A stretch of DNA of 64,000 bases from positions 1 through 64,000 of IMG/VR virus record IMGVR_UViG_3300030099_003199. One strand, given 5' to 3'. Every line of letters starts with the position of its first letter. Positions within the stretch are counted from its first letter, which is position 1. The notes under the pieces were generated by a model that was given only the letters and a program-made list of their open reading frames with translations, searched no databases and was not told the origin of the DNA. The position numbers and the translations under genes were made by a program. Source of the stretch: a virus (lineage: Duplodnaviria > Caudoviricetes). Below are positions 1-10,000 of the stretch, piece by piece.

Positions 1-1815
1 AACTAAATAAGGATCAGTTCTTAAATCATTAAAAGGATAATTAGGCATTAAACCAGTACCAGTTGCTTGTGAATTTGCATTAGTATTTCCTTGACCTGCA
101 TCAGTACCATCATTTTGAGTTCTTCTGAACCTAAACATATTTTTAATAATACCTTTAGCTAGAATAGATCTATTACCTGCTCTACTACCAACTAATATTT
201 CATAACCAATAATATTAGGTATTATATTACCATCATTATCTAAAGGTGCTGCAATATTATCAAATGCAACACCAATAACATTAATAGTTTCATCAACTGG
301 ATTTAATAATGATGTTCCTAAAAAACCAGTACTTTCGTCAGGTATCTTATGATGCCTAATAGGTAAACCACATAAGTTAGCCCATCTAACAGGATCAGTT
401 GGAGAATATACTTCTGTAGATTCCCAGTAACCCATTTGACCTCCATTTATAATTGTTCCACCATCATCTGTTGTTGTACCTAGTAATGGTGCAATAAAAG
501 GATCAGCGGGAGTTTGTGTAGCAGTATTACCTGCTCTCCATAATGGTGAGTTATCAAAATTATTACCTACTCCACCTACAGGAGCTTGGTCAGCAGCTGT
601 TGGAGCTCTACCAGGAATATGATATGATTTAGATTTTTCTCCTGTATTATATACAAATCTTATAAAGAAAGTATATTGCTCATCTCTAAGTAATGTAGGT
701 TTGTTACCTCCATTTCTGTAATATGCAGCAGGATATGCTGTTGCTGTCCAATATGTTTGAATATTATTAGCTAATGGTTGATAATTAAAATCAAACTGTT
801 CTGTTGGTTGTGATCTAATTAAATAATCATTAACAACAAACATCCCATCAGATTTTTCATATGTTGGAATTCTTCTTTGTAGATCACTAGATAATAGTTT
901 TGGTAATTCAGGATTTATATAATCAATATTTATTGATTTTGTTTCTGTACTATAAATACCTAATTTTGTATTAACAGCTTGACCTTTTATCCTAGATCTA
1001 ACTACAATACTAATTTGTTCAAATTCTGTATCTAAATTAGAAAGTTTTATTGTAAGTGATCCTTGTGTATCTTCTCTTGACCAAAGTGGTTGTATATTAG
1101 AAATACCTAAATAATTTGTAACAGCTCTATCATTTATACAATATGCTGCATATACTTGATAGCTACCATTTTCTAATAATCCTCCTTGATCTGCTTTTTC
1201 TAATTCAATACATGGTATATCAATTAATGGAGCTAATCTAATTCTTTCACAATCTAATTGTAATGGTTCAGCATTAACATAATTTATACATGTAGATCCA
1301 GCTGGTGTATTTGGATCAATTATTTGTACATATGGTATATTATCAATATTTAATGTTCTAGATGGATTTAAACCATCGTCCCAATATACTTGCCATGTGC
1401 AATCAAAATTTTCTTTAGCAGCACCTATAATTAAATTATCTTTATTAAAGTTAAGGCAAGGATCATTTACTAACATTGTATATTCACACTTGCTGTCATC
1501 AAATAAACCTATTTCACTTAATGTATCATTAGTAGAATATATTACCCACTGATCTCCATATAAATGAATACCTCCTATAACAGTATAAGGTATTTCTGCA
1601 CATCTTAAATTTGCTGGTTCATTACCAACAACACCTAGATCTCCATCAACAGAATTATTAATTAAATTACGGGCATGATACCAGCTTTGTTTATCAAAAT
1701 AACTTGAGTCAGTATCTTTATTCATACCTTTAACAAACACATTAGTGTTTATCATATCAGTCTTTTGAGCTGGCGTCTTTTTTCTGCCTGTATTTTTTTG
1801 CTGCTTCTTAGCCAT
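1..1815 (-). CDS. Tail stabilisation/muzzle-like protein (crAss-like); 5' part only, runs off the left edge
   Basis: Not in the ORF track. Translated by hand from ATG at 1815: MAKKQQKNTGRKKTPAQKTDMINTNVFVKGMNKDTDSSYFDKQSWYHARNLINNSVDGDLGVVGNEP. The 'F.KGMNKD...YHARN' start and later 'VYWDDGLNPSR' resemble crAss-like stabilisation proteins. It follows the ring-protein genes. Confidence 0.7.
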   Translation of the reverse strand, partial: MAKKQQKNTGRKKTPAQKTDMINTNVFVKGMNKDTDSSYFDKQSWYHARNLINNSVDGDLGVVGNEPANLRCAEIPYTVIGGIHLYGDQWVIYSTNDTLSEIGLFDDSKCEYTMLVNDPCLNFNKDNLIIGAAKENFDCTWQVYWDDGLNPSRTLNIDNIPYVQIIDPNTPAGSTCINYVNAEPLQLDCERIRLAPLIDIPCIELEKADQGGLLENGSYQVYAAYCINDRAVTNYLGISNIQPLWSREDTQGSLTIKLSNLDTEFEQISIVVRSRIKGQAVNTKLGIYSTETKSINIDYINPELPKLLSSDLQRRIPTYEKSDGMFVVNDYLIRSQPTEQFDFNYQPLANNIQTYWTATAYPAAYYRNGGNKPTLLRDEQYTFFIRFVYNTGEKSKSYHIPGRAPTAADQAPVGGVGNNFDNSPLWRAGNTATQTPADPFIAPLLGTTTDDGGTIINGGQMGYWESTEVYSPTDPVRWANLCGLPIRHHKIPDESTGFLGTSLLNPVDETINVIGVAFDNIAAPLDNDGNIIPNIIGYEILVGSRAGNRSILAKGIIKNMFRFRRTQNDGTDAGQGNTNANSQATGTGLMPNYPFNDLRTDPYLV

Positions 1816-1818
1816 TTT

Positions 1819-2721
1819 TTAACATCTTCTATTTGTAGCAAAACTTGAAAACATATCATAATACTTATTGTATTGTGCTTGTCTATTAACTTCCCATATT
1901 TTTCTATACTCTTCAAAGTTTGGAGTATTAACAAAACCTAAAGCATTGTTCCTAGCAGCACGTAACCTTTGTTCAATCAATTGAGATTGATTAACTACAT
2001 TTTCACCAGCAAATATCATATTTTCTAATATTCGTGATTTTAATGCATACTCATAATATTCATTACAATAAGGATGATCTAAAGTTAAAAGGTTACCACC
2101 TTCATCCTCTAATGTAGCTTGATAATTTAAAAATATTTTACCTGATTTAAAATTAGTTAAAATAAAACCATCTTTTAATTCAGCAAAATCTACAGCACTT
2201 ACACCAAGATTAGGACATTCTGTTGTACAATATGCACCAGAAGTATCAGCAATTCTTAAAGGTATAAATGTATTAAATTCTCTATATGTATTTTCTCCTA
2301 CTCTTTGTACAACAATATAATCTTTTGAACTGTCATCTTTACATGGTTTTACTACACAAACATCTTTACATGTTTGACCATCTTCACAAGGAGCTGTAAA
2401 ACCAGGCTCAGGAGTATAAGTAGTAGGATGTGTTTCTGTAGTAGTACCTGATGGAGTAGTTGTATTAATTCTATATTTACCACAAATAGCAGCAAAATTT
2501 AATGTTTGAAAATCTGATGGTAGTTGTCCTTTATTATTTTCTATATCTACTACAGCACTATTTGTTCTATTAATACGTAAGCCAAGATCATAGTTAACTC
2601 TAATAGCAACTTTAATTAATTGTTGAGGTTCTATCATTCCCTCTAAATTATATGTATTAAAGTCTACTTTAACTGATTCTAATAATTCATCAAAAGTTCT
2701 ATATTTATGTGATACACTCAT
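1819..2721 (-). CDS. Putative tail ring/connector protein
   Basis: 300-aa ORF between a ring-like gene and the stabilisation gene. Assignment is mostly by synteny. Confidence 0.45.
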   Translation of the reverse strand: MSVSHKYRTFDELLESVKVDFNTYNLEGMIEPQQLIKVAIRVNYDLGLRINRTNSAVVDIENNKGQLPSDFQTLNFAAICGKYRINTTTPSGTTTETHPTTYTPEPGFTAPCEDGQTCKDVCVVKPCKDDSSKDYIVVQRVGENTYREFNTFIPLRIADTSGAYCTTECPNLGVSAVDFAELKDGFILTNFKSGKIFLNYQATLEDEGGNLLTLDHPYCNEYYEYALKSRILENMIFAGENVVNQSQLIEQRLRAARNNALGFVNTPNFEEYRKIWEVNRQAQYNKYYDMFSSFATNRRC

Positions 2722-3392
2722 TACCTATTTATATTTTTATTATTATTACCATCTTCTGCTGGAACTTTCATAGTATTCATAGCAGTATTAAATATTTGAT
2801 TTTCTATTTCTGTAAATAAAAATTCAGGTATGTATAAGTTTTGTAAATATCTTGGTACACAGTCGTCATCTGTATCACATGTCCATTTTGCTATATCTTC
2901 TTCAAATACTCCTTCTAATTTTATTGCATCCCATGATACATTAGGTAAATATAAATACCCATCTAAAAACCAAAAGTATTTTGTTTTATTATATTTAAAT
3001 GTTTTTGTTTTAGACATTGAAGTGTATGTACCAGGTTGAGTTGGTTGTACTTCAACAGAACCATCTATTGAACTAACTGTTCTAATTAATGGTCCCCAAT
3101 ATCCTTGCATGAATGTAGGTAATTTTTTTTCTGTTCTTTTAATAGTACATCCACTGCTTAATCCTACACAATTTGCTTCTATTTTATCTACTTCAATTAA
3201 ACTAACATATTTAAGCTCTTGCCAAACACTATTAAACTTCATTAGTTTATTAGCATTATCTTGCCTACGCATAAACATCTGAGCATATTTTTTAATTAAG
3301 CTATAAATATATCTGTCTGTTGTAAAAGCATCTTGACTGCCAGCTTTTATTTGACCACGTATTCTAGATATTGCTTCACCTATTGTTGTCAT
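2721..3392 (-). CDS. Putative tail tubular/ring protein
   Basis: 223 aa, with a helical N-terminus (MTTIGEAISRIR...DRYIYSLI) and 'YFWFLDGYLYLPN', resembling crAss-like ring proteins. One-base overlap with the next gene. Confidence 0.55.
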   Translation of the reverse strand: MTTIGEAISRIRGQIKAGSQDAFTTDRYIYSLIKKYAQMFMRRQDNANKLMKFNSVWQELKYVSLIEVDKIEANCVGLSSGCTIKRTEKKLPTFMQGYWGPLIRTVSSIDGSVEVQPTQPGTYTSMSKTKTFKYNKTKYFWFLDGYLYLPNVSWDAIKLEGVFEEDIAKWTCDTDDDCVPRYLQNLYIPEFLFTEIENQIFNTAMNTMKVPAEDGNNNKNINR

Positions 3393-3394
3393 AA

Positions 3395-3916
3395 TTATTT
3401 ATCTTTTTTATACATATCAGCAACTCTAAACTTATTAGGAACAGAAATATACTTTTGCCACTGAGTAGGATATACTGATGCAACAGCTCTTTTAAACTGT
3501 CTTACAGCATTAAATTGCCATAACTCTCTAGTCTTAAATTTATACCTAGGAGAATAATTAGTGTAAAATATTTTTCCAATGTTTCCATTTGTTTCCCAAT
3601 TCTTGTTTTGTATTACTTTACCATATTGCTTTGATAATGCATAATCTATGTTAATTTTTTTTGTTGGAGGGCATGATCCTATAAAAAGGTATCCTAATGA
3701 TTCAGGAAGTTCTATACCATTTCTATTATTGATAACACCATTCCAAATTTTACCGTTAAATGATTTTATAACTTTATTTAATTTACTGTTATTAACAGAT
3801 GAATACATTGGATACTTTTCTTTAAATTTCTCAAATGTTTCACTATTTAATAAACTTAAAACCTTTTCTCTATATCTAGGTTTGTTTAAATCAGGATTTT
3901 TAAAGTTACTAATCAT
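3395..3916 (-). CDS. HU/IHF-like DNA-binding protein
   Basis: Basic 173-aa protein. 'VIKSFNGKIWNGVINNRNGIELPESLGYLFI' resembles the HU/IHF helix plus 'IEL.GFGTF' signature. IHF homologues are typical of crAss-like late regions. Confidence 0.55.
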   Translation of the reverse strand: MISNFKNPDLNKPRYREKVLSLLNSETFEKFKEKYPMYSSVNNSKLNKVIKSFNGKIWNGVINNRNGIELPESLGYLFIGSCPPTKKINIDYALSKQYGKVIQNKNWETNGNIGKIFYTNYSPRYKFKTRELWQFNAVRQFKRAVASVYPTQWQKYISVPNKFRVADMYKKDK

Positions 3917-3961
3917 ATCTCTTACGTATATAATTTACAAAAAAATGAGGATAAATAAAAG

Positions 3962-5143
3962 TTATTCAGGAGAATATGTTAATTCACATATTTCTCCTTT
4001 TGTTGGACTATGTATAGATAATACACCAGATCTCCTTGATCCAACAAATTTATTGTGATAATGATAATAATCTGTGCGTGATAAACTAGGTAATATTTTT
4101 AACATAAAACCTGTGTTTTCATGTGCAGTTATATATTCTATTTTTTTCTTATGATGATAATGTCCTGTATATAAAGTTCTAAATAATGTCTTACCCCATT
4201 CTCTTGGATATTCCATAGAATACAACATTAAAGAATTTTTAGTATTTACATCACCATGTTCAAATGCAAAAAAGTTATCTCCATATACAAAAACTTTTCT
4301 CTCAAGATAAACAACATCCCATTCAATATTTGGATCATCAAAACATTTAGATAGACCATGTGCTAAATGAAAAGAAGATAATCTATCATGATTACCTGGT
4401 ATATAAACTACTTGTAAAGTATCACAAAATTGTTTTATATAATTTATACTCCACTGTATAGCATCAAAAGCTTGTTTATAAGCTTCTGTAGCAGTCATAC
4501 AATTATCTAATGGTGTACCACTAGTAGTACTACCACTCCATGTATCCATGTTTATAAGATCTCCTCCTACTACATAATATATCTTTTCTAAATGATGAGA
4601 ACTTGTAGCTCTTTCAACTAAATCAATAATTGTTTCTTCAAAACATTGATCAATAGTTTCATTTCCTTCTTTACCAAAATGTATATCTTGTAATGATAAA
4701 ACTCCAGCTGTTTTTACTTTACCTGGAGTTTTAATTCTTTTTACGGATTTGAATTTTTTAGGCTTAAATCCTTTTAATAATTCTGCTACATTATCAATTT
4801 CATTATCTTTAATTTTAGTAACCATTGCAGATACACGCCAATGATCACCCATTTGTTTGTTCCAATAACTAGAAAGTTTCCATTGTGTAATATCAATGTT
4901 TAACATTTCAATTATTTCTTCAGGTGATTTTGGTTCAGAAGAACTTATTGTCTCCATTTTTGCTTCACCTTTTTCTAAATTATATTCATAAGATGAGTTG
5001 CTATTTTCTAATAACTCTGTAGATTTAACCCAAGATTTTAATAGTTCATAATCTTCAATAGTTACTCCTAGTTTATCAGCACAATACTCTGATGTCTTTT
5101 TCCATTTAAATGATCCTTTAATTTTGTCTATAAATGATTCCAT
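3962..5143 (-). CDS. Calcineurin-like metallophosphoesterase, possibly with an N-terminal HTH
   Basis: All five motifs are present: DIHFG, GGDLIN, GNHD, HGD, GHYHH. Confidence 0.85.
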   Translation of the reverse strand: MESFIDKIKGSFKWKKTSEYCADKLGVTIEDYELLKSWVKSTELLENSNSSYEYNLEKGEAKMETISSSEPKSPEEIIEMLNIDITQWKLSSYWNKQMGDHWRVSAMVTKIKDNEIDNVAELLKGFKPKKFKSVKRIKTPGKVKTAGVLSLQDIHFGKEGNETIDQCFEETIIDLVERATSSHHLEKIYYVVGGDLINMDTWSGSTTSGTPLDNCMTATEAYKQAFDAIQWSINYIKQFCDTLQVVYIPGNHDRLSSFHLAHGLSKCFDDPNIEWDVVYLERKVFVYGDNFFAFEHGDVNTKNSLMLYSMEYPREWGKTLFRTLYTGHYHHKKKIEYITAHENTGFMLKILPSLSRTDYYHYHNKFVGSRRSGVLSIHSPTKGEICELTYSPE

Positions 5144-5163
5144 AAATTATTAAGTTTTGTTTG

Positions 5164-5171
5164 CAAATATA
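5164..5171 (-). promoter_or_regulatory. Bacteroidota -7 promoter element TATATTTG
   Basis: Exact TAnnTTTG about 20 nt upstream of the phosphoesterase ATG, just downstream of a terminator. Confidence 0.55.
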
Positions 5172-5192
5172 TAAAAATTTTAGTACGTATAT

Positions 5193-5226
5193 AAAAAAAG
5201 AGACCCGGTGTTAACCCCAGGTCTCT
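5193..5226 (-). terminator. Rho-independent terminator
   Basis: AGAGACC...GGTCTCT inverted repeat followed by a T-tract on the minus strand. Confidence 0.7.
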
Positions 5227-5280
5227 GACAATTAAGTTTAGGAAAACCAATATAAAACCCTCACTTTCTTGTTTTTATTA

Positions 5281-5823
5281 TTATGCAGCTAATGTACTTC
5301 CAGTTAATATAACTGAAGAACATGATCCATTTACAACTCTAAATTGATATGCTGAATTAGCTGTTAAATTAGTTATTATGTGTGATGTTGTAGAACTTGT
5401 TAATCCAGATGCAGCAGTTGTCCATCCACCTGATGTTGGTATTTTATATTGTACATCAACAGTATCATTTGATGGAACACCTGACCATTCTACTTCAACA
5501 CTTGTTGTTGTTATATCTCCTAATGAAACTAATTGTGGAGCTGTAGAAACACATGCTGCATTTGTCATAAATAAAACTATTCTTTGTAAAATTCTATCTA
5601 ATCTTTCACCTTGTGCAATTTGTAATATTTCACCACCTAATGATGCTTCAAATGTTGCTGCACAATATGATATACATGCTGCACACATTACTTCATCACA
5701 AGATTCAGCACCATCTTTTCTACAATCAGTATATGTACATGGCATTGTTTGAGATGTATCAGCACATCCACATGCTAAGTGATTGCAGTCAGTTGAAGTA
5801 TTATTACAGTTATTACAAGCCAT
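5281..5823 (-). CDS. Cys-rich virion protein with a C-terminal fibronectin type III domain
   Basis: FN3 pattern: 'ITTTSVEVEWSG...VQYK...W...HIITNLTANSAYQFRV'. The N-terminus is Cys-rich. Confidence 0.7.
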   Translation of the reverse strand: MACNNCNNTSTDCNHLACGCADTSQTMPCTYTDCRKDGAESCDEVMCAACISYCAATFEASLGGEILQIAQGERLDRILQRIVLFMTNAACVSTAPQLVSLGDITTTSVEVEWSGVPSNDTVDVQYKIPTSGGWTTAASGLTSSTTSHIITNLTANSAYQFRVVNGSCSSVILTGSTLAA

Positions 5824-5837
5824 TTTTTTAATTTTTT

Positions 5838-6977
5838 TTATTCTTCACCACAAGTTGATTTTTGATCTCTCCAGTGAGGTGCTACAACATTATATTGTGC
5901 CATAGGTCCTCCTGCACATAACGCATACCATTGATTATTTACAAGCTCTGTTGCAGAACTAGGATTATAAGGACTAGTATATGCTTTACATGTAGTATCA
6001 AATTGTACACCTGATACATTCCAAATATCTAAACAATTACTTGCTGTACCAGCATTAGTTGCTGCAACTGAACATGATGATCCTGGTGCATAAAATGAAT
6101 TTATACCACCCATTCTAGTTATTTGTGTATTTGCACAACAGTTATCTTGAATATGTTTTACTGCTTTTCTTAAGTCATCAATAGCTAACCAAGTATTATA
6201 TGTTGAATCACCTAGTGTAGCCGGACTTGTTTTTAATGTCTTTCTATATCCTTCATTACTTACTGGTGTTGCTAAATCAGTAGGTTCTGTATTTACACCA
6301 GTTGACATATTAGAAGGAGTACCTGTTGTACCTCTTAAAGTTACAAATTGAGAATCTATAGCTTGCACAATTGTTTCTATTGGTAACAACTGACCTTTAG
6401 TTGCTGAACCACTAGAATACATTCTTGGATTAGCTTCACCTGTTGGTTGAGATTCTAGTGAAGCTACTCTTTGTGTTAGAGCTTGAGAATTATTATTAGT
6501 AGTAGTGTTTGTATTAGACTGGTCACATATAAATTGTGAAACTACATCTATCCAATCATCAAGATTACTCCCTTGTGTAAAACCTGTAGCTTCTCTAAAA
6601 CAAGAAGGTGTTGTAACAGCACATTTAAATACTTCACCACAATCTAATGCACTACTACCACCACCTGAAGAAGAACCACCACCACCTTGATTTAAAACAA
6701 TGTTGGTTATCATTAACTGAATAAGTTCTTCTAAATTAGTAGCAGGACCTCCAGATAATTGTGATTGATCAATATTTGCTATATTAAATGATGAACCACC
6801 TCCATTTTGTATTAATGTTTGAAGTAATTGAAGTTCAGTACATAATGCTGCAATTACAGTACTAATTGTATCTCCTGTACATATTTCTACACAAGGTAAA
6901 TCTGGTCCTTGCCAAATTACACAGTTAGATGATATAGGATCACAGTTAGTTAAATTATTTGAATTAGTTGGTATCAT
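5838..6977 (-). CDS. Cys-rich virion (fibre/hub-like) protein
   Basis: N-terminal 'CDPISSNCVIWQGPDLPCVEICTGD' motif, Gly/Ser linkers and short coiled coils, within the structural block. Confidence 0.5.
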   Translation of the reverse strand: MIPTNSNNLTNCDPISSNCVIWQGPDLPCVEICTGDTISTVIAALCTELQLLQTLIQNGGGSSFNIANIDQSQLSGGPATNLEELIQLMITNIVLNQGGGGSSSGGGSSALDCGEVFKCAVTTPSCFREATGFTQGSNLDDWIDVVSQFICDQSNTNTTTNNNSQALTQRVASLESQPTGEANPRMYSSGSATKGQLLPIETIVQAIDSQFVTLRGTTGTPSNMSTGVNTEPTDLATPVSNEGYRKTLKTSPATLGDSTYNTWLAIDDLRKAVKHIQDNCCANTQITRMGGINSFYAPGSSCSVAATNAGTASNCLDIWNVSGVQFDTTCKAYTSPYNPSSATELVNNQWYALCAGGPMAQYNVVAPHWRDQKSTCGEE

Positions 6978-6994
6978 ATCTTTATTCTACATTA

Positions 6995-7006
6995 ATAATA
7001 TACAAA
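6995..7006 (-). promoter_or_regulatory. Putative late promoter motif TTTGTATATTAT
   Basis: One of four identical intergenic copies upstream of minus-strand structural genes. Confidence 0.55.
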
Positions 7007-7020
7007 TTATTTTAATTTTA

Positions 7021-10000
7021 TCAAAATCCTGGTGGACTAAATGTATAAGGCATTCCTATTATTCCACATGCTTGTCCTTCTCTTATAATTTCAATATCAT
7101 AAGTTGTTCCTGGTACAGCATTTGTAACACCAAGTGCACTAACGCCAGATGCAGTTTGATGTAATGCTCCAGTACTGTTATTGTAAACATTAATTGTATA
7201 AGTTACTGCAGAATTTAAATTACTAATTAAAAACGTAGTTCCTTCTGCTCCTGTATTAGTAGCATTTATACCCCATTGAATTTGATGATTAGGATCGTAT
7301 GAATACAAATTAGTAATAGAATCTAAAATTGGATCACCACTTTGTATATAATTCAAAATTTGATTACCTGTTCCCCATGCAGTAGTAGGTAACCAATTTG
7401 AACCTGATGTACGACATGCTGCAGGTATTGTACCTATATTAACATTTCTTGTACAATGAGTACAATTATTAGTCATATCTGATACACAAACTTCATATCT
7501 ACCAGGAAATAAATTAAAAGGATTAGCTGGTTGATTTTGATTATAACCATCATAATATACTGCAACATCATAATTACCAGAACCATTTAAACCTGTCCAT
7601 AATGTTTGGTAACCTGAAATATTTAAATTTGATGCACTCCAATTACCACTATTTCCATTTGGTACTGAAGGAGAATTATTACTTAAATTGATTCCAGAAA
7701 AATCTGTACAAACAACACATGAATTTATATCAATTCCTGCACTAGGATTAATATTATCTGCACCAGACTCAGTACAACCTGTAGTACAACATCCAGAATT
7801 TACACATTCAGTAAAAGTACTAAATGTTCCTGCTGGATCTACTACACAACGACAGTCTGATTCACAACCAAGTGGAATAAAATCAGCTATTAATTCCCAA
7901 GTACCTTCAGCAGTTAGAGCGTCTTTTACAGTTGTATATTTTGCATTAACTAATTCTGGATTATTTAAAGTATTTGCTGCTGTTGTTGTTATATCAAACC
8001 ATGAAGCAGTAGTATCCATTTCAATAAGAACAGTATTAATATCTCTAACATTTCTAATTTTTACATTTGAAAGTCGTAATGCATAACTATTAACTTCACC
8101 TGGTACAGTACCAACATTATTTAAACAAGCATTTGTAGGTTCAGTACCATCAACAGCAAAGAAAGCCCAAGGTGTTGCAACATCTAATGTTGTAAATACA
8201 GTAGCATTAGAATTTACATATGGACTAAGGTCAAGATCTATAAATAATGTCCAATGGTCAAGCATTGAAAGTCTACCAGCAGATGTAGAATCATAATATC
8301 CAAAACTTGTATTACCAGCATTATATTGTGCAACATTATTTTTATAATATTGTGGTATTGTAGGATCATCTAAAACTATTTCAACATCATTTGCTGTACT
8401 TGTAAATGCATTATCTGTTACTGTTAATGTTCCTGATATACAGCTATAAGCTAAACCTCCACCTGGATTTCCTAAAGTTTCTTCTAAAGTAGGAGAACAA
8501 CAAATTATTTCTTGATTTGTTGAAGTATCATGTCTTAAACATGCAATTACATAATAATTATTAGCTCCTAAATTTGGAAATGTTGTAGCAAAACCTAATG
8601 CAGATATATCTTCTTGACCTAAAAATGAATTATCAGTTGCATCATAAAGTTTAACTTCCATTAGCATATTTGCTGGAACTGTAGAACTAAGTTGTACAAA
8701 TATAGTACCATCATTCATTCCAGATGTTGGGGCAGTATTTGCAGTTATTATATTATCAACTGGACTAGGATTTAAATCATTACAATATAAACATGATCCA
8801 TCATCTAAATTTGCTCCAGCACTATAATTAAATGCACTTGAATCAGTACAACCATATGTATTTAGTATAGTACAGCATGCGTCAATACAAGTTTGATAAT
8901 CGCTGTAAGTTCCTGATGGATCTTCTACACAATCACAATTACCATCTGTTGTACAATTACACATTTGCTCAAATGTTTCAACTGACCATTTGCCTGGTTC
9001 TGTAGTAGCTAATGTAGTTTTAACTGTCATATAATCTGCATTTGATAAATCAGGATAGTTAATACCATCATAAAAAGCACTAACTAATGCGGCTTGTACT
9101 ATTGCCCAAGAGTTTGGTACTGCTACATCTCCAACACTTACAAATGTACCATTATCAACATTTGTTATTCTTATTTCTCTAATAAACCATTCAGAATTAC
9201 CAGTTAATGCTTCACAATTTCCTCCTCCTTGATCTACATAAAATTTATAGTTTTGTACAGGAACAATTGGCCAATTAGCAACATCAGATGTCCATGCTTG
9301 AGCTAAATTATCTCCTAGATTTGTTGAAGTAGAAATAGGAGAACTAGTAGGTACAAGTTGTTTATTTGAACAACTATTAGTTATTCCACCAGGAACACAA
9401 ACAAAACTTGTACTAGGATTAACATTACAACAACTTCCTGGATCTTGTTGACAGTCTTGCAATGTAGGATAAGTTCCTGAACCATCTAGCATTTCTTGAC
9501 ATTCACAGCCTGCAGCAGAAGTTCCAGAACAAATACAAGGACCGCTACCAGCAACTCCACCAAAAGTTGCAGTAGGACATTCTGGTAATAATTCATTACC
9601 ATATACTCCAGGATTTGGTGTTCCTGTTCCTTGTGAATAATATAAAATAAGCTCTACTTGATTACGATTAAGACCATTAAATGTAGTTACAACAGTTCCT
9701 TGAGAATCATAATATATTTGACCTAATGCTATTGTATCATTAAATAACGTAAGTATATTATCCCAACTTACACCCGTAAAATGTACAGCATTATTATTTA
9801 GAGTATTAGGTAGCATTCCTACTGCTGTCCAAGTAGCAGGCCAAGTTTCACCATTACATGGAGTTCCATTATCTTGAAATTGGAACCCAATCATATTCAA
9901 TTGCATTATTTTATTACCATCTTGATCTAAACATTGAGATGCAACAGGAGCTCCTAAAGATGAAAAAGAAATTTGACCCAAAATTGCATTAGTAAGATTG

